The notes under the pieces were generated by a model, which worked only from the letters and a program-made list of their open reading frames with translations, searched no databases and was not told where the DNA came from. A program made the position numbers and the translations under genes. Shown in pieces: positions 18,051-27,183 of a stretch of DNA of 64,000 bases. Source of the stretch: an uncultured virus (IMG/VR IMGVR_UViG_3300017749_000006) (lineage: Duplodnaviria; Heunggongvirae; Uroviricota; Caudoviricetes); the IMG/VR virus record IMGVR_UViG_3300017749_000006. One strand, 5' to 3'. Within the stretch, counting starts at the first letter, position 1. Every line of letters begins with the position of its first letter.

Positions 18051-19556
18051 ATGAAAACATTAATAACAGGTAAAGAAGCAAGTAACAAATTACTACAAGG
18101 AGTAAACAAAGTAGCCAATGCGGTTAAAGGAACTCTAGGGCCAAACGCCCGAACTGTAATTATACAAAGAGAAGATACTTTCCCCCTTATATTAAATGAT
18201 GGAGTTACTATTGCTAAAGCAGTAAATGACCCCGACCCCTATGTACAAATGGGTATAGATTTAATTAAGGAAGTGGCATCACAAGCACAACATAAGTCCG
18301 GTGATGGTACTACTACTGCTACATTATTAGCGCAAGCCCTATGTAATATAGGGTATGATGCTATCCATAGAGGAGAAGATGCAGTAGGTTTAACTAACGC
18401 TATAAAAGAAGAGGCTGAAATTATCATAGATAAATTATTAGAAGAAGCAATTCCTGTTACTGATGACAAAGATATGTTAAAGAATGTTGCTATCATAGCA
18501 TCTAACAACGATGAAGACTTAGGTAATCTGATAGCAGAAGTTATGGACAAAGTAGGTTCGGAAGGTGCAATAGCAGTAGAGGCCGGTAGTGGTTTCGATA
18601 CTATATATAATATAGAATCCGGTCTTGAAGTACAGTCGGGTGCAGTTAGCCCTTACTTTACACAGAATTTAGTAAACTCTAATGTTTTATTAACAAGTGA
18701 CAGGTTAGATAACTTTGAAAGTTTAGTACCTGCTCTTGAACTTTCTATGAAAGCGGGTAGAGGACTAATGATTTTCTGCTCTGACTATAATCCTGCTATG
18801 TTACCTAATATACTTATTAATGTAGTACAAGGAAAGATAAGTGCCTGTATTGTAAAGACGGCAGGTATGGGTCAAGGACAACAAGATTGGTTACAGGATA
18901 TACAATCAGTGACAGGTGGACATATGTTTTCTAAGATTTTAGGTGATAATATTTTAGAGGTTAAAGAAAATCAATTAGGTTTTGTACTAAAAGCAGATTG
19001 TACTAAAGATACTACTATGTTGCTTACCGAAAAAGATACTAGGGATGAAAAACATATTGATAAATTATATCAACAATTAGATGATAGTGACAATAATTGG
19101 GAAAAGCAGACACTTACCCGTAGGATTGCACGATTAACTGACGGTGTTGCATCCATTAAAGTAGGTGCTAATACAGAAATAGAATTACGAGAGCGTAAAG
19201 AAAGAATAGATGATGCAGTAAACGCAGTTAGGGCCGCACAAAGAAACGGAGTAATTGCAGGTGGTGGTGTGTTACTTAGACATTTTGGAGAACAAAGTTC
19301 TTTAGAGATTATAAAAGAAGCATTTGTTATGCCCGAAGAAACATTACTAGATAATGCAGGGATAATGCAGTATCCTAAAATACAATACGATGAAGATGCT
19401 GACTTAGGTTTTGACATGAAAGAAAAAGGAGTCTATGACCCTGTTGATGTCACTATAAATTCTATAAGAAGTGCGGTATCTATAGCGGTATTAGTATTAT
19501 TATCAGATGCGTTAGTAGGTCTACCTGCTGACAAGTTTATAAGCAAAGAAGTATGA
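18051..19556 (+). CDS. groEL: Group I chaperonin GroEL
   Basis: AVKGTLGP, NDGVTIAK, GDGTTTAT, ERIDDAVNAVRAA, GGG, GVYDP. Confidence 0.95.
   Translation: MKTLITGKEASNKLLQGVNKVANAVKGTLGPNARTVIIQREDTFPLILNDGVTIAKAVNDPDPYVQMGIDLIKEVASQAQHKSGDGTTTATLLAQALCNIGYDAIHRGEDAVGLTNAIKEEAEIIIDKLLEEAIPVTDDKDMLKNVAIIASNNDEDLGNLIAEVMDKVGSEGAIAVEAGSGFDTIYNIESGLEVQSGAVSPYFTQNLVNSNVLLTSDRLDNFESLVPALELSMKAGRGLMIFCSDYNPAMLPNILINVVQGKISACIVKTAGMGQGQQDWLQDIQSVTGGHMFSKILGDNILEVKENQLGFVLKADCTKDTTMLLTEKDTRDEKHIDKLYQQLDDSDNNWEKQTLTRRIARLTDGVASIKVGANTEIELRERKERIDDAVNAVRAAQRNGVIAGGGVLLRHFGEQSSLEIIKEAFVMPEETLLDNAGIMQYPKIQYDEDADLGFDMKEKGVYDPVDVTINSIRSAVSIAVLVLLSDALVGLPADKFISKEV
19536..19553 (+). promoter_or_regulatory. TATA promoter, leaderless start at 19566
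   Basis: TTTATAAGCAAAGAAGTA begins 30 nt before the ATG. Confidence 0.65.
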
Positions 19557-19565
19557 GGGAATAAT

Positions 19566-20537
19566 ATGTCTTGGGGAAATCAAACAAACAACACAGTAGC
19601 CAAAAAAGAAGTAGCAAAAGCACCGACGCAATTATATGACCGCGATTATTATAGGTCGCTTTTAGATACTAAGAAAACTACATCTCAGAAATATAGAATG
19701 GCTCTTGTGGCACATGAAAACTCATGTAAAACAGGTCTTGCTCTTTCTCTATTAGAAGCAGAAATAGATAACGGTAAAACTATTACTATCTTAGATATAG
19801 ATAATTCAGCAGGTGCTACAGTAGAATATTTATACCCTAATGCGGATAACATTAGAGTTATACCTTTACTAGATGAGTCTGATGATTCTATCTATCATGA
19901 AGATAATTCTGTAAACCACATGGCTCTTATCAACAAGACAAAGTGGTTTATCAATCTTCTAGCAGAAGATATAGCAGAACAACCGGAACAACACGGTGGT
20001 ATAATTTTTGATGGTGGCTCTACATTCCTTAAATGGTGTGAGTTTGCTATGAGACAGTCTCTACTAGCAAAGGGTATCATTGAGAACGAAGATGACTCAT
20101 TTAATCAGAAAGAATGGAGAGAGCGTAACAGACTAAATCGTGACGTTCTTGATAGACTTCATGCTCTACCTGTCTCTAAAATATTCAACACCTTCCACTT
20201 GAAGGCAGTACAACAATATATGGATGACGGTACAGGTAAGAAAGTTCTTATGGCCGTTGGAGAAAGACCGGATTGGGAGAAAGGTACTATGCGTAGATTC
20301 TCTCAACAGATATTCCTATCCCGCTACATGAAGAAGGCTGACATGGCCGCCGGTGTAAAGGGTGACAAATCTCTAGCAGATGGTGAATGGGCAGTTAAGG
20401 CTACTATAGAAGAAATGAAAGGTAGTAATATGGAATATGTAGGTAGTACACATACTATTTTAAGCGTTAAAGATGCTAAAGTAAAATGGTTCGGCTTACC
20501 TTTCCTAACAGAAGGTGCTAAGAATGATAACAATTGA
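19566..20537 (+). CDS. RecA/Sak4-like (AAA_24-type) P-loop ATPase
   Basis: Degenerate Walker A AHENSCKTG, ILDIDN, IIFDGGS, W.ERN, FHLK. Confidence 0.65.
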   Translation: MSWGNQTNNTVAKKEVAKAPTQLYDRDYYRSLLDTKKTTSQKYRMALVAHENSCKTGLALSLLEAEIDNGKTITILDIDNSAGATVEYLYPNADNIRVIPLLDESDDSIYHEDNSVNHMALINKTKWFINLLAEDIAEQPEQHGGIIFDGGSTFLKWCEFAMRQSLLAKGIIENEDDSFNQKEWRERNRLNRDVLDRLHALPVSKIFNTFHLKAVQQYMDDGTGKKVLMAVGERPDWEKGTMRRFSQQIFLSRYMKKADMAAGVKGDKSLADGEWAVKATIEEMKGSNMEYVGSTHTILSVKDAKVKWFGLPFLTEGAKNDNN

Positions 20538-21360
20538 TTGTGATACTCTTAGGATTCTCTTGGAGAAAGTCAGAAGACCGCAAACTATAGCGGGTAAACA
20601 ACAAGACCAAATACATTCTTGTATTCTGACACCCGAACATAATAAAGTAAAGGTTGTTTCTTTAGTTAAGGATGGTGTAACTTCTTTAAACAGATTTACT
20701 TGTTTCGCTACTTGTAAAGTAGGCGATAAAGAAATACCAATTACTAACATTAAAGATTTTCTAGGAATATTAAAGTATCACGGCGGTTCACTATCGTTGT
20801 CTTCGGTAGGTGATAAAGTAAAGATTAAATCTAAAAGTAAACAAACTACTATTACGGGCTCTACTAAGGCTACTGCTTATCCTCATAATCCTGCTACACT
20901 AATGGAATGGACTACTAAATCTTTGGCAATATCACGCTCCTTTGTTAAGGACGATAGTGGTTATAATTATGTCTCCAAAACAAATGAGACAATAAAACCT
21001 TTCTTTAAACATATGACAGATGGAAACACTTTGTTTGAGGCTCTACGTTGCGATTCAATGAATGGTCAAAAATTTAACCGTTATACTTTTATTTTTAGTA
21101 GTAGCGGCTTTTCTGTAAAAACAGGTAAAGAATTAAAGGGTCAAACAATATACAAACTACAAAGTAATACTACTTATACCGAAGATGACTATACACAAGA
21201 ATGGGAGGCTACCTTTGAAGGAGGTCTTGAAAATTTATTTAGTCATATGAATGGTTCTGTCACACTCTATTTTTATCAGTTCCCCGAACAAGGGATTAAG
21301 ATGCTGATAGATTTAGGGTCAGAAGATTATGTCTTCCAAGCAAGTATAATAGGTGAATAA
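20524..21360 (+). CDS. Probable divergent PCNA-like sliding clamp
   Basis: Size ~278 aa, alternating beta/alpha pattern, context between RFC and PolB; no strong sequence motif. Confidence 0.5.
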   Translation: MITIDCDTLRILLEKVRRPQTIAGKQQDQIHSCILTPEHNKVKVVSLVKDGVTSLNRFTCFATCKVGDKEIPITNIKDFLGILKYHGGSLSLSSVGDKVKIKSKSKQTTITGSTKATAYPHNPATLMEWTTKSLAISRSFVKDDSGYNYVSKTNETIKPFFKHMTDGNTLFEALRCDSMNGQKFNRYTFIFSSSGFSVKTGKELKGQTIYKLQSNTTYTEDDYTQEWEATFEGGLENLFSHMNGSVTLYFYQFPEQGIKMLIDLGSEDYVFQASIIGE

Positions 21361-21685
21361 AATGATTAGTACAACAATGTATGATGAAGAATTAATAACA
21401 GACGTAATAGATACTCTAAGAGGTATGATTAATCTTGGTGTAGATGGTGATGCTATTGCACAAAATGAAAGATATAGTGTTAACATTACTTTAATAGAAA
21501 AGAATAAGCCAAAGAAATATCGCGACCCACTATGGTTACATGATGCTTATGTGGTACAAGGTAGGTCTATGCAAGACATAGGTAAAGAATTTAATATTAG
21601 TCCTACTGCTATAAACCAATGGTTAACTAAATTAGAAATACCTACAAGAGTACATAAGAGAATCCTTAACGCTAATGAGGAATAG
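21353..21685 (+). CDS. HTH DNA-binding protein
   Basis: YRD..WL...Y....RS...IG.EF.IS...I..WL.K..IPTR. Confidence 0.75.
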   Translation: MNKMISTTMYDEELITDVIDTLRGMINLGVDGDAIAQNERYSVNITLIEKNKPKKYRDPLWLHDAYVVQGRSMQDIGKEFNISPTAINQWLTKLEIPTRVHKRILNANEE

Positions 21686-21687
21686 GT

Positions 21688-23904
21688 GTGATAGTTACTC
21701 AAGGTAGAGGACGTACAGTTAATGTACGATATAGAGATGAGCAAGGTGTTCGTAAGACCGATAAACTAACTAACTATAGCCCTTATTTTTTTATAACAGA
21801 TGAAGATGCTATAGACATTTCTGCCTCTAGTAAAGAAAGTGGGTACAAAGGTGTTTATGGAGAAGACTTAACTAAGATTCTAGTATCAGACCCTAGGTTT
21901 GTATATGATTTTAAGAATCAAAACCCACATATACCTACATGGGAAGCAAATATACCTTATGTTAATAGAGTATTGGTTGATAGAGTAAACAATGGTCATG
22001 AACCTTACAAGAATTATAAGCATAGAATTTGGTATCTTGATTGCGAATGGAGTCCTGCTACTAATAAGATGAGAATTATAGTGGTTAATGATTCTTTTAC
22101 GGGTAAAGAATATGTGTGGTTTGTAGACAAAACTTTAACAGAAATAAAAATGTTTAATAAATACGGCGATTACACTTATGAAACACCTGCTATTGGCTTT
22201 CCCGACGAAAAAGATATGTTAGAGCATTTCTTAAGTCACATGAATAAACAAGACCCCGATATAATTACGGGTTGGTTTGTAGTAGGTGCTGACATAAGAA
22301 CTATTATAGAAAGATGTAGGGCTTGTAATATTAACCCTGCTCTTATGAGTCCATATAGAAGAATAAATTATACCTACAAAGATTGGGAACAACCTATTGT
22401 CGGTAGAAATTGTATAGATTTGATGATAGGCTTCTCTAAAATATGGGAAATGAAGAATGGTAAATTACCTTCTTACAAATTAGATGATGTAGCACATGAA
22501 GTTTTAGGAGAAAAGAAGATTGAGTTACCCGACGGACACGACACTTATCTTACTGACCCTCCACTGTACTTACACTACGCTAGACAAGACGTAAGATTGT
22601 TACCTAAATTAGACTCTAAAGTAAATGCGTTAGAGTATTACACATCACTACAACATATTGTACAATGTGACATACGTTCTACCCCATTTATTACAAAGAT
22701 GTTTTCTAACTTAGTATTACTAGACCCTAAGACAAATCTAAGAATACCTACTAAGCCACAGTTTGAGTACGAACCTTACATGGGGGCAGAAGTTATGGAA
22801 GTAGAACCATCTGTATATCAGAACGTAGGTATCCTAGATATTAAGGCTATGTATCACAGTAATGCTTCTCTATACAATATATCTTGGGATACTCTTGATA
22901 AAAATGGTAAAGATTGTGGTAATGGTACTAAGTTTTCAGAAGGTGATAAAGGTATTCTAGTTAGACAAATGGATTACATGACAGAAACTAGGAATATATA
23001 TAAAAAACTTATGAAATCTGACCCTAGTAACTATGATAAATGGGATACAATGCAGTTCGCTTGTAAGTCTTTAGTAGCATCTATGTATGGTGTGGCGGGA
23101 GATGCAAAATACGGCTTGTATCATCCCGATGTAGCGGCTTCAATTACTTATACTTCTAGGGCTACTCTAGGTAGGCTCAAACAGTGTGCTGAAGACAACG
23201 GTTCTAAGGTGCTTTACGGCCATACAGACAGTGTGTTTTGTGTAATAGATAGTCCACAGGCCGGAGAGGATTTGATAGCCACAATCAACGCTACAATGCA
23301 CCCTATTGAAACTGAGTTTGAGAAGTGGTGTTCGTCTATGGTTTTGATGGCTAAGAATAGATACGCCGGAAATGTTACATGGACTGATGGTCAGTTCCAC
23401 GAACCAAAAATGTATATCAAAGGTATAGAAATGAAACAATCACGTATGCCTCCTATTATGAAAGAGGTTATGGGAAATACTATACAGATGATATTAGATG
23501 GTAAAAATGAATTAGCGGTTAACGACAAACTTAAACCTATTATAACGAGCATAGTAAATGGTACTGTAGATATTAACAGTATTTGTATGAAGGGTAAATT
23601 AGATAGAAATTTAAGTGACTACAAAGTTTTATCCGGTTCTAGTGCAGGTGCGGCATGGGCTAACGAAAATCTAGGTAAGGGTTATCATAGTGGTTCTTTC
23701 TTTAAAGTTACTCTTGACGATAAAGGTAAGTATGTAGCATTTGACGAACCGGAAGATATAACGGGTATAGTAAATATAGGTTACAAAATACTATGTGAAA
23801 GATTCGTTATTAAAAAAGTAACACCATATTATGAATTGATGGGTTGGTCAACACAACCTTTGATAAACTCTATGAGGGGCTTGGGCGGACTCTCTTGGCT
23901 ATAA
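21688..23904 (+). CDS. polB: Family B DNA polymerase with 3'-5' exonuclease
   Basis: Exo DCE, TGW, YARQD; polymerase DIKAMYHS, KSLVASMYG, YGHTDS, KNRY, KGIE. Confidence 0.95.
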   Translation: MIVTQGRGRTVNVRYRDEQGVRKTDKLTNYSPYFFITDEDAIDISASSKESGYKGVYGEDLTKILVSDPRFVYDFKNQNPHIPTWEANIPYVNRVLVDRVNNGHEPYKNYKHRIWYLDCEWSPATNKMRIIVVNDSFTGKEYVWFVDKTLTEIKMFNKYGDYTYETPAIGFPDEKDMLEHFLSHMNKQDPDIITGWFVVGADIRTIIERCRACNINPALMSPYRRINYTYKDWEQPIVGRNCIDLMIGFSKIWEMKNGKLPSYKLDDVAHEVLGEKKIELPDGHDTYLTDPPLYLHYARQDVRLLPKLDSKVNALEYYTSLQHIVQCDIRSTPFITKMFSNLVLLDPKTNLRIPTKPQFEYEPYMGAEVMEVEPSVYQNVGILDIKAMYHSNASLYNISWDTLDKNGKDCGNGTKFSEGDKGILVRQMDYMTETRNIYKKLMKSDPSNYDKWDTMQFACKSLVASMYGVAGDAKYGLYHPDVAASITYTSRATLGRLKQCAEDNGSKVLYGHTDSVFCVIDSPQAGEDLIATINATMHPIETEFEKWCSSMVLMAKNRYAGNVTWTDGQFHEPKMYIKGIEMKQSRMPPIMKEVMGNTIQMILDGKNELAVNDKLKPIITSIVNGTVDINSICMKGKLDRNLSDYKVLSGSSAGAAWANENLGKGYHSGSFFKVTLDDKGKYVAFDEPEDITGIVNIGYKILCERFVIKKVTPYYELMGWSTQPLINSMRGLGGLSWL

Positions 23905-23935
23905 GTTTATAACCTAAGAAGTATGATGTAAAGTT

Positions 23936-24250
23936 ATGAGTAGAAGTAGAGCGCAAAGTGGTAAACCTACAGTAAAACAATTACAGAAAGATGTACATGA
24001 GATGAGAGGAGTAATTAATCAATTGATTAATGCTATGACATCAGATGTAGGAAGATTAAATTCTTTAGTGTTTGGCATTCTAAAAGAGAATGGGCAGATA
24101 AAAGAACAGTCTTGTCCTAAATGCTCTCAACGTATTTTAAGCCCTATACTAAAAGCCGTACCTTTAGATAAAGTATGTCCTTCATGTGGTACTGATTTAC
24201 TACAAGGGCAAACTACAATAGACCAATGGGATAGCGGAGAGGAAGAATGA
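23936..24250 (+). CDS. Coiled-coil/Zn-ribbon protein with PIP-like motif
   Basis: CPKC...CPSC and C-terminal QTTIDQW; TATA at 23906. Confidence 0.65.
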   Translation: MSRSRAQSGKPTVKQLQKDVHEMRGVINQLINAMTSDVGRLNSLVFGILKENGQIKEQSCPKCSQRILSPILKAVPLDKVCPSCGTDLLQGQTTIDQWDSGEEE

Positions 24251-25098
24251 TAGCCACTAAAGAACAAATTAGTAAATCTTCTTATAAGCCGGAAGGCGAA
24301 ATACTTAGAGTTTCTAAGTCATCTTATATGACATATAAAATGTGTCCTAGACAATTTTATTGGAGATATGTTGCAGATGTTCCCTCTACCCCACCTACTG
24401 AATCTATGATACGTGGTACTATATTACATAGTGCTATGGAAACAGGTATTTTAGGTGAACCCGAAGATATGCAAAGATTTTTAACGGCAGAAAATATGGA
24501 TACAGATATAGGTGCAGTTGCTATGACAAATTTACTACATAGGGTAGCGGCAGACTTAGGTTCTTTAGAGGTTATAGAAGCAGAAGTAAAACATCAAGTA
24601 TATGAAGAATTAGATTTGCCTAGCGGTATGACTCCTGTTATATGGGTAGGTATGATTGACGGTGTTATTAGACACCCTAACGGCGGATTAATTTTAGTAG
24701 AATTAAAAACAGGTAACATGAACATGGGCAAGTTAGGTAGAACTAGAAAAGAATTAGTATACTATGCTAGAATATTAAAATTATTAGGCTATGATGAAAT
24801 TACACATTTCTTATATATAACACCGGATTATGAAATTAAAGATAATGATAAATTACTTGATGAATATAAAAAAAGAGGGAAGACAATGTGGGTAGGTGAA
24901 ACTCACGGCTACGCTCTTTTAGAGCCTGTAACCACTCGCTCTATTAATTCCTTTGAGGCATCTTTATATGATACTATTGAATCACTCACACTCCAAGACT
25001 ACCCTATGGTGTGGAATGAATATTTCTGCCCTATGTGGTGTGACTTTCATTTAAATTGTGAGTCCGAAATGACGGGTAGTATTGAGAAATGGTTGTGA
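24247..25098 (+). CDS. Cas4/RecB-like PD-(D/E)XK exonuclease
   Basis: SKS....Y.MCPRQF, G.ILH, GMIDG, VELKTG, C-terminal C..WCDF...C cluster. Confidence 0.85.
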   Translation: MIATKEQISKSSYKPEGEILRVSKSSYMTYKMCPRQFYWRYVADVPSTPPTESMIRGTILHSAMETGILGEPEDMQRFLTAENMDTDIGAVAMTNLLHRVAADLGSLEVIEAEVKHQVYEELDLPSGMTPVIWVGMIDGVIRHPNGGLILVELKTGNMNMGKLGRTRKELVYYARILKLLGYDEITHFLYITPDYEIKDNDKLLDEYKKRGKTMWVGETHGYALLEPVTTRSINSFEASLYDTIESLTLQDYPMVWNEYFCPMWCDFHLNCESEMTGSIEKWL

Positions 25099-25242
25099 TA
25101 TAATGATACAAATAATAAATATAAAAAAAGTTACAGATAATATGCAGGTAGATTTAAATTTTAGCCCTTTAATTGAAATAGGTAGTATTACATTACTATT
25201 ATTAGGGGCATTCTTAGTATTTAAATTAAAAGTGGTGAAAGC

Positions 25243-25407
25243 ATGAAAGTTTATGCCGTGTGTGATGCTTGTGGAGAAGAAGAAGATTGGGAAGGCTTTG
25301 AAGAAATGGTTCAAGTAAATGCTCAAGTAGGTCATATGCCTAGAGTAATTTTAGTAGGCGGTTGTGCTTGCGGACACCAACAAGAAGTAGCAGATATAAC
25401 TGAGTGA
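25243..25407 (+). CDS. Small Zn-finger protein, 54 aa
   Basis: Hand-translated; CDACG...CACGH; GGTGA SD. Confidence 0.6.
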   Translation: MKVYAVCDACGEEEDWEGFEEMVQVNAQVGHMPRVILVGGCACGHQQEVADITE

Positions 25408-26423
25408 TAACCATGCTACTTAATTTTCCAAGAGAGATAGGGCTTCGCCGTCGTCAATGTGATAGTAGACAAGTCTTTGACGATTATGTTAATCGTATTA
25501 ATGGTAAGGCTTCTATCTATACTTCTTTGTATTCTTTTGAGAGAAAACACCCTACTAGAGCATGGAAGTATGATACAGATTCAGTAGTAATGGATAGAGC
25601 GTGGTGGGATTTTGACACGACAGAAGAAGAAGATATTTTTACCGTTAAAGATGATGTAAATACATTACTACAGAGAATAGAAGGTGATATAAGGGTAGTG
25701 GCTACAGGTAGAGGATTTCACGTACACCAAATATTTGACAAATCCGTTAAAGGTACTGCTATATCAAAACATGTAGATAGATACCAAAGAAAAATGGGTA
25801 AAGGATTAAAAACTCTTGATGGTGTAGGTAATCCTTTAAAACTTACAAGAGTTCCCGACACATATAATGTGACTAGAAAAAAGTGGGCAGTTAATATAGA
25901 CGTTAAAGAATTTATGAATGACCACCAAGAATATATAATCCCTAAAAAACCGGATATAAAACTTATCAAGAATGACCCGTTTAGAGGAGAGATAAGAGAT
26001 TCTTCTTTTAATATTGTCAAATGGATAGCAGAAAATCCTGCTAAACAGATGCCTATTTTACAAGCCTTTGATGGTGAGATAGGCACTATGGCACAAGTAC
26101 CAATTCCCCCTTGTTTAGACAAGGCTATGAGGCAAGAAAACCCTAGACATGATGTGAGGGTAGCCTTGACCCAACACTTAGCAGAAAGCCTACGTTGGTT
26201 CTCTAACCCTTCTACTATGACTTACCAAGAAAAAGCAAAAATAGGTGATGAGATAGCAGACTTTTATTCTACACTAGGTTGGAGAGATTATAATAAACAA
26301 ACTACAAGATTTCATATAAACAGTATATTAGATTATGAGAATACTGCTTCTTGTCATTGGTTACAGGCTAGAAATTTATGTACAGGCCCATGTTGGAATG
26401 ATGATGGCACAAGAAGAGATTAA
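25404..26423 (+). CDS. Archaeo-eukaryotic primase, PriS catalytic domain fused to PriL C-terminal Fe-S domain
   Basis: WDFD, TGRGFH, D...R.P.T.N; PPCL...H..R, SC..LQ...LC...C. Confidence 0.85.
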   Translation: MITMLLNFPREIGLRRRQCDSRQVFDDYVNRINGKASIYTSLYSFERKHPTRAWKYDTDSVVMDRAWWDFDTTEEEDIFTVKDDVNTLLQRIEGDIRVVATGRGFHVHQIFDKSVKGTAISKHVDRYQRKMGKGLKTLDGVGNPLKLTRVPDTYNVTRKKWAVNIDVKEFMNDHQEYIIPKKPDIKLIKNDPFRGEIRDSSFNIVKWIAENPAKQMPILQAFDGEIGTMAQVPIPPCLDKAMRQENPRHDVRVALTQHLAESLRWFSNPSTMTYQEKAKIGDEIADFYSTLGWRDYNKQTTRFHINSILDYENTASCHWLQARNLCTGPCWNDDGTRRD

Positions 26424-26457
26424 ACCTTTTATATAGGCTTTATAGTTACCAACAATT

Positions 26458-27183
26458 GTGTTAATCATTGATGACCGCGAGAATGAAAAAGTTAAGCAAA
26501 AACTCTTAATGAGAATGGGAGACTTCTCTAAATCTCCCGATGGTAGGGCTAAGATTAAGCGATTGAAGTCAGCAGACTATGTGATAGGCCAATGGGGTGT
26601 AGAGGCTAAGGAGATTAACGATTTGTATAGAAGTATTTTAGGTATAGGTAGAACTAGAACTATCTTAGACCAACTGAGAGACTTAGAAGAAAACTTTGAT
26701 AAGCCATTCCTTGTGGTTTACAACACCAAATTAAAACCCTACGTACATGGCAGACCTACGGCACAGAAAATGGCAATCGAGATGACAAAAATGCAAAAAG
26801 TTATTAATCAATTTAAACTTACATTCTATCAAAGGTTTCCTAATATAATGTACATGGAATTACCTAGTATGGATTCGTTTTGTGATTGGTTAGTAGTTAA
26901 TCATACACAGATGACTTTAGATGGTGGCGCACAAATTAATCGCTTACCGGATTTTGTAAGAAAAGCACACTCTGAGCCTGTATTTGATGATAGAGTAGCG
27001 GTACTAACTACTTTAGCGGGTATAACACCTGTTATGGCAGTAGATTTATTACAAAAATTTGGTAGCATTCCACAGATATTACACAGTAGAAGAACACAAA
27101 AAGCACTTATGGAAGTAGAAGGTATAGGTAGAAAAAAGGCTCAGAAAATTCTATCGTTACGAGATAAATTTAATCAAGAATAA
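26458..27183 (+). CDS. ERCC4/XPF-family nuclease with tandem HhH motifs
   Basis: IIDDRE, ADY, VEAK...DL..S, QL..L, GIG.KKA. Confidence 0.88.
   Translation: MLIIDDRENEKVKQKLLMRMGDFSKSPDGRAKIKRLKSADYVIGQWGVEAKEINDLYRSILGIGRTRTILDQLRDLEENFDKPFLVVYNTKLKPYVHGRPTAQKMAIEMTKMQKVINQFKLTFYQRFPNIMYMELPSMDSFCDWLVVNHTQMTLDGGAQINRLPDFVRKAHSEPVFDDRVAVLTTLAGITPVMAVDLLQKFGSIPQILHSRRTQKALMEVEGIGRKKAQKILSLRDKFNQE

Noticed and set aside
21688..23904. Intein in PolB, or inactive polymerase
   Set aside because: Length is normal with no intein motifs; the catalytic aspartates of motifs A and C are retained
24247..25098. CRISPR-Cas system from the Cas4-like gene
   Set aside because: Solo Cas4/RecB-like nuclease in a replication module; no cas1, cas2 or array
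4478..26122. Minus-strand ORFs within the early and replication modules
   Set aside because: Antisense shadows with no start signals
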